Shown here: in pieces, positions 19,133 to 28,053 of the stretch
How the letters are laid out: each line of letters opens with the position of its first letter
Position numbering within the stretch: position 1 is the first letter of the stretch
Notes under the pieces: generated by a model
What the model was told of the DNA's origin: nothing
Database searches by the model: none
What the model saw: the letters and a program-made list of their open reading frames with translations, nothing else
Assembly: GCA_001782045.1 (NCBI GenBank)
Contig: MFNK01000003.1
Coordinates: 26,070-90,069, forward strand
Length of the DNA: 64,000 nucleotides
DNA from: Candidatus Levybacteria bacterium RIFCSPHIGHO2_01_FULL_36_15b
GTDB taxonomy: Bacteria; Patescibacteriota; Microgenomatia; Levybacterales; UBA12049
Reading direction: 5' to 3'
Program-made: the position numbers and the translations under genes

Positions 19133-20117
19133 TTTGATTACCAATCAACCTGGTAACTGCTTGTTCTATAGCTACTTCGTCCATTCCATATTTTTTAATT
19201 AACTCAAAAGGCGCTCCCGATTCTGCGAATGTATCTTGTAAACCAATAAATTCCATTGGAGTAGGGTAATGCTTTGCTAAAACCTCTGCAATTGTACCGC
19301 CAAGTCCACCGGCAACCTGATGATCTTCTACTGTAACCACTTTTCCAGCCTCTTTGGCGAGCTTAATTATGGTTTTTGAATCAATAGGTTTTATTGTTGA
19401 GACATTAGCAACCTGAACCTTGATTCCTTTTTCTTCTAAATTTTTTGCGGCAAGAAGAGCATAATAGAGCATGTAACCGGTTGCAAAAATAACAGTTTTT
19501 GGAGCTTCATTTATCCAGTAAACTTCAACTTCCTTACTAAACGGAGTGTCTTTTGTTGTAATTATCGGTGTTTTATCGCGGGTAAATCTTAAATAAACTG
19601 GACCCCTAATTTCTGCTGATTTTAAGGTTGCTTTTTTTGCCTCAATAGCATCGCAGGGAACAAAAACAGAAATATTAGGCCAAGCTCTTGTTATTGCAAT
19701 ATCCTCGGTAGCCTGATGCGTCGCGCCGTCAGGTCCTGTCATAATACCTGAGTGATGTCCTGCTATTTTTACATTTGAGTTGCCATAAATAATGGTAGTT
19801 CTAATTGTTTCCCAGTTTTTTCCGGGCGAAAATGTCGCATAAGAAGAAATAAATGGAATTTTTCCGCTCAATCCAAGACCGGCCGCGATTGCTGCCATGT
19901 TTTGTTCGGCAACCCCAACTTCAAAAAAACGTTGCGGAAACTTTGCTTCAAATCCGTCCGTTCTTGTGCTTTCTGATAAATCGGCGGTTAAAACAACTAC
20001 ATTAGGATTTGATTCACCAAGTTCAACCAAAGCCTCACCAAAGCCGTCTCTTGTTGCTTTCTGCTCAACATCCTTGTCAAAAAGTTTTTGGTTTAAGTGT
20101 AAATCAGGATTTAACAT
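19125..20117 (-). CDS. Transketolase C-terminal subunit
   Basis: GVAEQNM, GPDGATHQ, VEDHQ..GGLG. Confidence 0.93.
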   Translation of the reverse strand: MLNPDLHLNQKLFDKDVEQKATRDGFGEALVELGESNPNVVVLTADLSESTRTDGFEAKFPQRFFEVGVAEQNMAAIAAGLGLSGKIPFISSYATFSPGKNWETIRTTIIYGNSNVKIAGHHSGIMTGPDGATHQATEDIAITRAWPNISVFVPCDAIEAKKATLKSAEIRGPVYLRFTRDKTPIITTKDTPFSKEVEVYWINEAPKTVIFATGYMLYYALLAAKNLEEKGIKVQVANVSTIKPIDSKTIIKLAKEAGKVVTVEDHQVAGGLGGTIAEVLAKHYPTPMEFIGLQDTFAESGAPFELIKKYGMDEVAIEQAVTRLIGNQNE

Positions 20118-20155
20118 AATGAAAGACTGCTCGCCTCGTAAGTTTTATTTTGCTC

Positions 20156-20259
20156 GGGGTCCTGCCCCAACTTTCCCTCCCGCCAGTGCTCACTCGAATA
20201 TTTCTTTCAGAAATAACTCGCTGTGCGCTGTCGGAAGCCCTTCCTGTTGTGTCACCCCT
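20156..20259. repeat. ~105-bp structured intergenic repeat, copy A (MITE or cis-RNA candidate)
   Basis: Shares GGGTCCTGCC..TCCCGCCAGTGCTCACTCGAATATTT..CTTTCAGAAA..GCGCTGTC..GTCACCCC with 62439-62540. Confidence 0.85.
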
Positions 20260-20270
20260 CGCAAATTTCT

Positions 20271-20298
20271 TAATTCTAGATTCTAAATTCATAATTCT
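20271..20298. repeat. 7-bp tandem repeats after the transketolase N-subunit stop
   Basis: TAATTCT AGATTCT AAATTCA TAATTCT. Confidence 0.65.
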
Positions 20299-21163
20299 AT
20301 TGATGTTCCGAGATTATTCTTCCTTGTAAAGTACGTAATTCTTTTAATGCTTTTTTTGCCTCTTCTTGATTTGGTGGTTTTCCATGCCAGTGAAAATCTT
20401 TTTCCATAAATGTAACTCCTTTTCCTGGAATTGTATGAGCAATAACAACGGATGGTTTTTCAAAAATCTTTTTTGCAAGTCCTAAAACGTTTATAAATTC
20501 GGATATGTTATTTCCATCCGCTTCAAAAACTTCCCAGTTAAAAGATGTGTATTTTTCCTTTAAGGGTTCAAGTGGCATTATGTTTTCGGTAAAGCCGTCT
20601 ATTTGGATATTGTTTCTATCCAAAATTAAAGTTAAGTTGTTTAACTTATGTTTTCCTGCAAACATTAAAGCTTCCCAAGTGTTTCCTTCCTGATGCTCAC
20701 CGTCTGAAGCAATTACGTAAGTATGATATTTTTTGTTGTCTAGTTTTGCAGCTAGTGAAATACCAATGGCTTGTGAAATTCCTTCACCTAAAGGACCCGA
20801 AGTTGTTTCAAGTCCGGGAAGTGAGTCTCTATGAGGGTGTCCCTGAAGACGCGAATCTATTTTTCGTAAAGTTTTAAGTTCTTCAATCGGGAAATACCCG
20901 CTTTGAGCCATAGTTACATAGCGAATAGGGCATATGTGGCCGTTTGATAAAACTAGTCTGTCTCGGTCGTCCCAATCCGGATTTTTAGGATTGTGATTTA
21001 ATACATGAAAGTATAATGCGGTAAAAATATCAGCCATTCCCAAAGGTCCTGCAGAATGCCCCGACCCGGCTTCAAGAAGCATTTTTATAAGAAGTTCCCG
21101 TGCTTGATTTGCTTTTAGCTCAAGCTCTTTTAATTTTTCATCTGTTAGGGCAGGTATATCCAT
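20297..21163 (-). CDS. Transketolase N-terminal subunit
   Basis: GSGH, DRLVLSNGH, LQGHP, SDGEHQEG. Confidence 0.93.
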   Translation of the reverse strand: MDIPALTDEKLKELELKANQARELLIKMLLEAGSGHSAGPLGMADIFTALYFHVLNHNPKNPDWDDRDRLVLSNGHICPIRYVTMAQSGYFPIEELKTLRKIDSRLQGHPHRDSLPGLETTSGPLGEGISQAIGISLAAKLDNKKYHTYVIASDGEHQEGNTWEALMFAGKHKLNNLTLILDRNNIQIDGFTENIMPLEPLKEKYTSFNWEVFEADGNNISEFINVLGLAKKIFEKPSVVIAHTIPGKGVTFMEKDFHWHGKPPNQEEAKKALKELRTLQGRIISEHQ

Positions 21164-22440
21164 TATTTTTTATAAACTATAAATAAGTCTGAGACGTTTG
21201 AAGAAAGTCTTCCTGTAATAATAGCATCGCCTAATTTCTGGAAAAACACAAGACTATTGTTAGTATTTAAATACTCCTCTGGATTTAAATTTTGTTTGTT
21301 AGCATTTTGCAGAGAATTCGAATCAACTATAGCTCCAGTTGCCTCACTATTGTCCCATCCGTCTGAGTCAAATGCTGCAATTACAGTACGTTCATCAATT
21401 TCAGAAATCGCAGAGAGTGCGACCTCCTGGTTTCTTCCACCTTCGCCCTTAAGGTTTTTAACCTTAACGGTTGTTTCGCCTCCTGCTAAAAGAACAGAAT
21501 TTTCTTCCGCTTCTTTTAAGAGTATTGCAGGTGCATTTCTTGCCTCCGACTGAAACTTATCTGAAAAAATTTTGCAATTTATTCCCAAACTTTTTGCTTT
21601 ATCAGACATTGCCAAAAGTGCGGTTTCGTTGCTTAACATAAGAATGTTTTTAACGTTTTCAAATATGTTTTTTTCCTTTGGAGTTTCTGTATAATCTTCG
21701 CTTTTTAAATCCAAATCTTTCATCTTGTATTTTTCTATAACAGCAAGCGCATCCTTAATGTTTGTTTCGTCTTTTACGGTTGTGCCAGATGCAATAGTAG
21801 ACAAATTGTTTCCGGCAACATCGGAAAATATTAAAGAAATTACTTTAGCAGGATACAACAGTTTTGCTAAGCCACCGCCTTTAACGCTAGACAAATGTTT
21901 TCTTATTGTATTTGTTTCAAAAATGTCCGCGCCGTTTTTTAAAAGAGAGTGATTTACATCAATTAATTTATCTAAGGTTATTTTAAATGGAAGCTCAAAC
22001 ATTGCTGATCCGCCTCCGCAGATTATTACCAAAACTAAGTCTTTTGAAGTTAGCGAATTAAGTTCATTTACTACTCGTTTTGTAAAATTAATATTTTGCT
22101 CAGAGGGAAGTGGGTGGGTTCCTTGCGTAAACTCTATCTTCTTGAATTCTTCCTTGTTTGTATCAATAACGAATCCCTTAGTAAGCTTTTTTTCTAAAAC
22201 GTTTTCAATAGTTTTTGAAATAGTCGCGGAACCCTTTCCAAATCCTACTAAAAAAATTCTTTCAAAATTTTGTAAATTAAACTCGTTGTCTAAGATTTTT
22301 AGTTTATTTTCAGCTAATACAAAATTTTTATCCATTACGTTTTGAGGTTGAATAGAAGAAAGTCCTGTTTCAATTAAATCAAGAACTATTTTTCTTTCTT
22401 GCGTGTAAGCTAATTCTTGGTAATTTTTAATAAAACCCAT
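21163..22440 (-). CDS. Glycerate 2-kinase (DUF4147/MOFRL)
   Basis: GFGKGS, GGGSA, VKGG, SDVAG, GGETTV, GGRNQE. Confidence 0.9.
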   Translation of the reverse strand: MGFIKNYQELAYTQERKIVLDLIETGLSSIQPQNVMDKNFVLAENKLKILDNEFNLQNFERIFLVGFGKGSATISKTIENVLEKKLTKGFVIDTNKEEFKKIEFTQGTHPLPSEQNINFTKRVVNELNSLTSKDLVLVIICGGGSAMFELPFKITLDKLIDVNHSLLKNGADIFETNTIRKHLSSVKGGGLAKLLYPAKVISLIFSDVAGNNLSTIASGTTVKDETNIKDALAVIEKYKMKDLDLKSEDYTETPKEKNIFENVKNILMLSNETALLAMSDKAKSLGINCKIFSDKFQSEARNAPAILLKEAEENSVLLAGGETTVKVKNLKGEGGRNQEVALSAISEIDERTVIAAFDSDGWDNSEATGAIVDSNSLQNANKQNLNPEEYLNTNNSLVFFQKLGDAIITGRLSSNVSDLFIVYKK

Positions 22441-22459
22441 CAATTTAATTTTAATTTAC

Positions 22460-22487
22460 TTGACATCAATTTAAAATATCCTATAAT
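22460..22487 (+). promoter_or_regulatory. sigma70 promoter, probably leaderless transcript
   Basis: TTGACA-16bp-TATAAT, 7 nt before ATG 22495. Confidence 0.6.
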
Positions 22488-22494
22488 ACGCCAT

Positions 22495-22845
22495 ATGCCA
22501 ATAGAAGCTTACGAGTTAACAGTTCATAATCCCGAAAAACAAAAGCACGTAATTGTTCAACCAGGAGAAAAACGTCATATACCCAGTATTGATTTGGGTG
22601 GATACGAGAAAATCTATGAAGTTCAGTGTAAGGAAGACGACTCTTTGGCCACAGTTCATACAATCTATCCTATGGTTATTACAGACAATCCAAGACAGTT
22701 TGCTATTTACGATGATAATTTAACGGAAAATCTTCCTATGATTATTAAAAAAGGAGAGCATTTGGATATAAATATAAGACAAAGAAGCGATAAAGAAGGA
22801 AGACTGATATATTTTGAGGGAATTATAAGACTTGAGTTAAGATAG
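22495..22845 (+). CDS. Hypothetical protein
   Basis: ORF directly after a promoter. Confidence 0.65.
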   Translation: MPIEAYELTVHNPEKQKHVIVQPGEKRHIPSIDLGGYEKIYEVQCKEDDSLATVHTIYPMVITDNPRQFAIYDDNLTENLPMIIKKGEHLDINIRQRSDKEGRLIYFEGIIRLELR

Positions 22846-22873
22846 CTATCCTTTTTAGTTCTTTAAGTAAGGC

Positions 22874-23269
22874 TTAAGGAAGTTTAGTTCTTAATAATTG
22901 CTGTAATCGTTTTTGTTGATAGAGCTTATGCGCTTCTGCTCTAATTAGTTTTGTGATTGGTTCTCCTTGCCTTACAGGGTGATTTTTACGTAAATTCATA
23001 TCGTCCATATGATATTTTTTAACTACTAGGTCAAACATTTCGCGACCTTTTCCTAGCTCTATATCCCGAACTCCAAGAAAAAAGTCCAAGAAATAATCCC
23101 GTTTTGTATTAAAAAGATTCAGAAGGCTATCGTTTTGTGCAAAAGTTGTTCTTACGGCCTTTTTAATTTCCTCAAAGTCAACACCTTCCGGAGTAAGTCT
23201 TTCTTTCGGCAAGCGTTGTCCCGGTAATCTATGAATATGTGGAAATCTTTCCTTTTCTGACATAACCAT
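22874..23269 (-). CDS. Hypothetical protein
   Basis: 131-aa ORF filling the gap between neighbours. Confidence 0.65.
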   Translation of the reverse strand: MVMSEKERFPHIHRLPGQRLPKERLTPEGVDFEEIKKAVRTTFAQNDSLLNLFNTKRDYFLDFFLGVRDIELGKGREMFDLVVKKYHMDDMNLRKNHPVRQGEPITKLIRAEAHKLYQQKRLQQLLRTKLP

Positions 23270-23374
23270 ATTCGGCAGTGAGGTATATTATCATATTATA
23301 AGATTAAATTCAAGCTTATAATGACTTTTTAACTAGCAATTTAACGGTAAAAATAGTATTATTCGCCTAATATT

Positions 23375-23959
23375 ATGCAACCAAAAGATTTTGAGGAAAT
23401 TATTATATTTGAAGACACAGCTTCGGGAGTAAAAAGCCCTCTTCCTTCCATAGAGGATTCCAAGCAGGAATTAAAAGAGAGCATAAAAGAAGAAATAGAA
23501 GACGAGGCAGCTAAAAGAGAGGAAAAAAGCAAGCAAAAAATGGACGAGTTAATTAAAAGTTCACAAAAACCTTTGTACAAACTTTCAACAATTTTTCCCC
23601 TAGATCTTTTTCCCGACAAGCTGATTATAGAATTTGACCATGTTAACATTTATTTTCATGAATTTTTTTCAACCGGCCAGGTAAGAAGCGTTCCAATACA
23701 AAATATTGGAGAAGTAATAATTGAAACTTCTCCTCTTTTTACAACGCTTAAGATAATTGAGGGAATGATTGGTGCAGGAGTTGAATTAGATTTAAAGCCT
23801 GTTAGGAGAAGCGAAGCAATAAAAGCAAAAAGAATTATAATGGGACTTATGATTGCAGATAAAGAAAAAGTAGACTTGTCCGATCTTGATTCTGCAGACG
23901 TAGCAAGAAAAGTAGAAGAATTAGGAAAAGCACAAGAACCTGAATTCATGTCAAATTAG
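23375..23959 (+). CDS. Hypothetical protein (possible bacterial PH-like domain)
   Basis: FPLDLFPDKLII...SVPIQNI pattern. Confidence 0.7.
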   Translation: MQPKDFEEIIIFEDTASGVKSPLPSIEDSKQELKESIKEEIEDEAAKREEKSKQKMDELIKSSQKPLYKLSTIFPLDLFPDKLIIEFDHVNIYFHEFFSTGQVRSVPIQNIGEVIIETSPLFTTLKIIEGMIGAGVELDLKPVRRSEAIKAKRIIMGLMIADKEKVDLSDLDSADVARKVEELGKAQEPEFMSN

Positions 23960-23995
23960 CCACAATCGGTAAAATAGGGTAAAATAAAAACTCTA

Positions 23996-25030
23996 ATGGT
24001 ATCCAAGAAAATTTTAATACTCTTATTATTTATATCTCTTATTTCGTTAGTTTTTATAGCTGTAAAATTTTCTAATAAAGATTATAGCTTGATAACACCA
24101 AAAGGGTTTATAAATAATTCACAAGCGTTTGAATTTGAAGAACTAACAATACCATATCTTAGAGAAAAGGAATATAAAAGCACGCTGGGTAACTTAGAAG
24201 AATATTCAAAAAACTCAAACTACACTTCTTACTTAGCAAGTTATAATTCCGAAGGACTTAAAATTAATGGACTTTTAACAATACCGGAGGGAAAATCACC
24301 TAAAGGAGGGTGGCCTGCGATTGTTTTTATTCATGGATATATTCCTCCTACTTTGTATGAAACCACATCAAGATATGCTGATTACGTTGATTATTTAGCA
24401 AGAAATGGATTTGTAGTATTTAAAATAGATTTAAGAGGACATGGAAAGTCCGAAGGACAGCCGGGTGGAGCATATTATTCATCGGATTATATAATTGATA
24501 CTCTAAATGCTTACGCTGCTTTACAATCTTCTAATTTTGTAGACTCATCCCGCATTGGACTTTGGGGACATTCTATGGCGGGTAACGTAGTATTAAGAAG
24601 TCTTGCTGCAAAACCGGAAATTCCTGCTGTTGTTATTTGGGCAGGCGCGGTTTATTCTTACATGGATTTAGCAAAACATAGGTTAAACGACCAAAGCTAT
24701 AGACCATCTGCACTAATTACACAAAGGCAAGGACAAAGACAAAAGTTATTTAATACATACGGACAGTTTGATGAAAACAGCTCTTTTTGGAAACAGGTTG
24801 CAGCCACTAACTATTTATCCGACATTAAGGGTGCAATACAATTAAACCATGCAACAGACGATACTGTTGTGGATATTGGCTACAGCAGAGATTTAAATGA
24901 ATTGCTTGATAAAACATCAATTCCTCATGAGTTTTATGAATATGCAAGCGGAAGACACAATTTTACAGGTGCAAGTTTTACTCAAGCAATGCAAAACACA
25001 GTAGAGTTTTTTAATAAATATTTAAAGTAA
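23996..25030 (+). CDS. Membrane-anchored alpha/beta hydrolase (S9-like)
   Basis: N-terminal TM, HGY, DLRGHG, GHSMAG, D/H triad. Confidence 0.88.
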   Translation: MVSKKILILLLFISLISLVFIAVKFSNKDYSLITPKGFINNSQAFEFEELTIPYLREKEYKSTLGNLEEYSKNSNYTSYLASYNSEGLKINGLLTIPEGKSPKGGWPAIVFIHGYIPPTLYETTSRYADYVDYLARNGFVVFKIDLRGHGKSEGQPGGAYYSSDYIIDTLNAYAALQSSNFVDSSRIGLWGHSMAGNVVLRSLAAKPEIPAVVIWAGAVYSYMDLAKHRLNDQSYRPSALITQRQGQRQKLFNTYGQFDENSSFWKQVAATNYLSDIKGAIQLNHATDDTVVDIGYSRDLNELLDKTSIPHEFYEYASGRHNFTGASFTQAMQNTVEFFNKYLK

Positions 25031-25053
25031 ATTGACAAGGGGTAAAAATGGAG

Positions 25054-25383
25054 TTACTTTAATTTTTTTATTTGCTCTCTTTCTTTAGAATAATCAAAAG
25101 CGTTTTTAAGAAACGGTATAATTCTTTGGATATCGTCCTCTCCTGTTATTTCTATCTCCGCCCATGTTTTTCCAAAGTCAAATTTTATAAATCCTTCATC
25201 CAGTGAATTTTTAAACTCATCAGGGGAGAGTATTAACCATAAAAGCAGAATATTATTGTCTACAACTTTATATCCCGCAAAAAGATTTTTTCCCGTATAA
25301 ACACAAATCCAGCCAAAAGAATTGGAAAATCTAATTTGTCCCAAAGTCTCAATTTGCTCAACTAATAAATCTTTTAATTCCAC
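25054..25383 (-). CDS. Hypothetical protein (TfoX_N/DUF5655-like fold suspected)
   Basis: SFGWICVYTGKNLFAG...W.EI...LKNAFDY. Confidence 0.6.
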   Translation of the reverse strand: MELKDLLVEQIETLGQIRFSNSFGWICVYTGKNLFAGYKVVDNNILLLWLILSPDEFKNSLDEGFIKFDFGKTWAEIEITGEDDIQRIIPFLKNAFDYSKEREQIKKLK

Positions 25384-25412
25384 ATTTTTATTTTAACACT
25401 TCATTTCCAGCC

Positions 25413-25452
25413 TTTATGCTGAGCCGATTCGGTCTGAGCTCACGGTCGAATG
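25413..25452. repeat. Nested REP-like hairpin repeat
   Basis: GCTGAGCCGATTCGGTCTGAGCTCACGGTCGAA. Confidence 0.55.
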
Positions 25453-25465
25453 ACTTGCCAAAGTA

Positions 25466-25482
25466 TTGACACCGCGGGAAAA
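25466..25482 (+). repeat. 17-bp direct repeat containing a -35 box, copy 1
   Basis: TTGACACCGCGGGAAAA, identical at 25957-25973. Confidence 0.9.
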
Positions 25483-25501
25483 CATGTAATAATAGCGATA
25501 T

Positions 25502-25945
25502 ATGTACGAAGTTTTATTAGATAAAGGTCAAGACGCATCAGATTTCGATGAATGGCATATTCCCAGGGAAGCAATAGATATATTAAAAACGGCAGTAGGT
25601 AAAGAAGTTAGGGTAGGAACGGAAACGGATGCCTATATGGATTTTGGAATAGCAGACACAGCAACATGGTATAGAACCAGAGAGGGGACTTTAGTTGATG
25701 TCAGGCCTAATGAAATTGTAATTGCCGAATTTCGAGGAAAAGGTAAAAAAAGAGTAGAAGTAGTCTTGCCTGCGGGAGCAACATCCTTTAACGAGGGCAA
25801 AGCCGATGAAAAAAGGATGGGTATTGAAAAAATGAGAAATGTATTTGGAATTATGGAAGATAACATAAAAACAATTTCTTTTTCCAAAGGAAAAGACAAA
25901 TTTGAATTACTCCATTTTAGTCAACCAAAAGAACCTCAACCTTAA
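25502..25945 (+). CDS. Hypothetical protein
   Basis: 147-aa ORF between the 17-bp direct repeats. Confidence 0.7.
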   Translation: MYEVLLDKGQDASDFDEWHIPREAIDILKTAVGKEVRVGTETDAYMDFGIADTATWYRTREGTLVDVRPNEIVIAEFRGKGKKRVEVVLPAGATSFNEGKADEKRMGIEKMRNVFGIMEDNIKTISFSKGKDKFELLHFSQPKEPQP

Positions 25946-25956
25946 AATCTCCAAGC

Positions 25957-25973
25957 TTGACACCGCGGGAAAA
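25957..25973 (+). repeat. 17-bp direct repeat containing a -35 box, copy 2
   Basis: TTGACACCGCGGGAAAA. Confidence 0.9.
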
Positions 25974-26013
25974 GGGGAGGGCCCTAACTTTGCCTCATGT
26001 GTCTTTTGAAAGA

Positions 26014-26048
26014 TTAACTTGACAAGTAAGTTAAGTTTGTGATACAAA
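26014..26048 (+). promoter_or_regulatory. Promoter with overlapping palindromic operator
   Basis: TTAACTT-GACAAGT-AAGTTAA and ACTTG-A-CAAGT over TTGACA; TACAAA 18 bp downstream. Confidence 0.5.
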
Positions 26049-26063
26049 TATCTTGCTTGACTT

Positions 26064-26633
26064 ATGAATAACGAAAAAAGGGCACGAGTAAAGATATCAA
26101 TAAACGAAGGCCTAATAGAGCTTGAGGGGTCAGAGGAGTTTGTTGAAAAATATCTAATAGAGTTTAAAAATAAGTTAAGTTTTCCTTCGCATATGCCTAC
26201 TCTCAATAATCACCAACCCTCCGCACAGGTAGTACAACAAAAAAAAGATTCAGCTAATAAAGTCTCAGCTGTTAGACCAGCTAAATCAAAAGGCAAAAAT
26301 ATTGAGCCCGAAGAGTTTGAAATAAATAATAATAGCGATGATTCTTTAGCTAAATTTATGGAAAGTAAAAATCCAGGAGAAAATGCATGGAATAGAATAG
26401 TTGTTGTAGGTTATTACATAACACATAAATTGCAAAAAGCTAATTTCACTGAAGGAAATGTTGAATTTGCTTACAAGGCGCTAAGCTTAAATAAGCGGCC
26501 TCTCCATTTAAGGCAGGCATTTATTGATATGAAAAACAAGAAAAAATGGTTAGAGGAGTTGTCGGATGGAGGATGGACTCTTTCTAGGCTCGGAGAAATT
26601 TATGTTGAAGATCAAATGCTCCCTAAGTCTTAA
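26064..26633 (+). CDS. Hypothetical protein with putative C-terminal winged helix
   Basis: N-terminal IELEGSEEFV, linker, then helical domain ending GWTLSRLGEIYV. Confidence 0.7.
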   Translation: MNNEKRARVKISINEGLIELEGSEEFVEKYLIEFKNKLSFPSHMPTLNNHQPSAQVVQQKKDSANKVSAVRPAKSKGKNIEPEEFEINNNSDDSLAKFMESKNPGENAWNRIVVVGYYITHKLQKANFTEGNVEFAYKALSLNKRPLHLRQAFIDMKNKKKWLEELSDGGWTLSRLGEIYVEDQMLPKS

Positions 26634-26635
26634 TC

Positions 26636-27400
26636 ATGCAGCTAGATTTTAATTATCTTCTAGAAAAGAAACCAGATTTTTATGAACTTACGCAACGAGA
26701 GCAAATAAAATATCTTTGTTTTGTCTACTCCAAGAACAATAACCAACCTATTTTTGCACAAAAAGATATTAAGGATTTGTTTGAAGAGTTTAATCTTGTA
26801 GTACCATCTCATTTATCACAGGAATTCAGCAACTTAACCAAAGGAAAGGTTCCTGCTTTAGTCAAAAAAATAGGCGGATATGCAATTCATCCCAGCGTGG
26901 ATCGTTCCTTAACACTTGAATTATTCTCTAATACCAGTCCAGATGGAAACGAAAAAAAATCGCAAAACACGTCACTTTTTAGTAAATACGATTTTCATCC
27001 AGAAATAAAACGGGTGGCGTTTAGAGAGTTTCAAGATGGATATTATAAAACAGCGATACAAAACGCCTTAGTTGAGGTAATTGATCAGGTAAAAAATAGA
27101 ACCGATAACCCCACAGTAGAAAATAATGGTAGAAAGAAGGATTTAGATGGAGATGATTTGATGAATCGTGTATTTGGTTGTGATGGGGAGAATATTCCAA
27201 TGATTAGGTTTAATAGCTTAAGCAATGGTCTTGATAAAGCTGAACAGAGGGGTATAATGAATTTATTCAAAGGCATTGTTGGAGTAAGAGATAGAAAAGC
27301 ACATCTAAATTTTATTCAAAACGATCCCTTAAAAACAATTGAATATTTATCTCTTTCAAGTCTACTTATGAGACTTTTGGATGAAAATCCTCCTAGTTAA
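26636..27400 (+). CDS. TIGR02391/Ymh-like HEPN protein with N-terminal wHTH
   Basis: FHPEI...FQDGYY..AI..A, LDGDDLMNRVF, EQRG..NLFKG..GVRDRKAH (Rx4H). Confidence 0.8.
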   Translation: MQLDFNYLLEKKPDFYELTQREQIKYLCFVYSKNNNQPIFAQKDIKDLFEEFNLVVPSHLSQEFSNLTKGKVPALVKKIGGYAIHPSVDRSLTLELFSNTSPDGNEKKSQNTSLFSKYDFHPEIKRVAFREFQDGYYKTAIQNALVEVIDQVKNRTDNPTVENNGRKKDLDGDDLMNRVFGCDGENIPMIRFNSLSNGLDKAEQRGIMNLFKGIVGVRDRKAHLNFIQNDPLKTIEYLSLSSLLMRLLDENPPS

Positions 27401-27406
27401 ATTAAG

Positions 27407-27424
27407 TCTGCTATAATTAGCCTC
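27407..27424 (+). repeat. 18-bp direct repeat containing an extended -10 box, copy 1
   Basis: TCTGCTATAATTAGCCTC, identical at 28054-28071. Confidence 0.9.
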
Positions 27425-27482
27425 GTTTTTCCAATAGGCCTGTAGTTGCTAGTTTAATCTAATTTTGTTAAAATCTACCTCT

Positions 27483-28046
27483 ATGATTCCAGAAATTACT
27501 CCACATGGCAACCTCGATCTGCCGCACGAAGGTGGTGGTTTTGATCTGTTGGCGGAAGCCATGCGTTTAGACACCTCTGTTAGAGCTAGCATCGGATTAA
27601 ATAAGATGCAAGGGAATGAAAAGCTAAAAGAAAGACTCACGCGAGAGGTCTCAATAGGATTAGTTCTCGGGAGTAGGGAGCTTGGAATACCGATTCCATC
27701 TCTTAGTACTGAAAGGCAATTGGAAGATGGGAGACCTATTGCATACTCTGATTGGAGTGAGGAAAAAGGAGGAGAAATAATATTTATCAGGGGCTTTCTA
27801 ATGCGATTTGTAGTCAGAATGTATCGCGACCGGCCTTTTTATTTTGTAGTACCTCATGAGATGCTTCACATAAGACAATTAATGGATCACTATACAACGG
27901 TTAGAGCAGATCTTAAAGCCAAGGACTGGAAAAGAACGCTAACTGAAAGAGCTGCTGATGCTTTTGGCGATTCAGTTCTTCTTCGTTATGGTTCAGAAAT
28001 TCAATTAGCGCTCCAAGGCCTTCCGCCCGGCAATAGGGCTCGTTAA
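27483..28046 (+). CDS. Hypothetical zincin-like protein (HExxH)
   Basis: VVPHEMLHIRQ...ERAADAF. Confidence 0.65.
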   Translation: MIPEITPHGNLDLPHEGGGFDLLAEAMRLDTSVRASIGLNKMQGNEKLKERLTREVSIGLVLGSRELGIPIPSLSTERQLEDGRPIAYSDWSEEKGGEIIFIRGFLMRFVVRMYRDRPFYFVVPHEMLHIRQLMDHYTTVRADLKAKDWKRTLTERAADAFGDSVLLRYGSEIQLALQGLPPGNRAR

Positions 28047-28053
28047 ATATACT

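Noticed and set aside
20104-20292. 62-aa ORF between the transketolase subunits
   Set aside because: It consists almost entirely of heptamer repeats and the ~105-bp element, so it is probably not a real gene.
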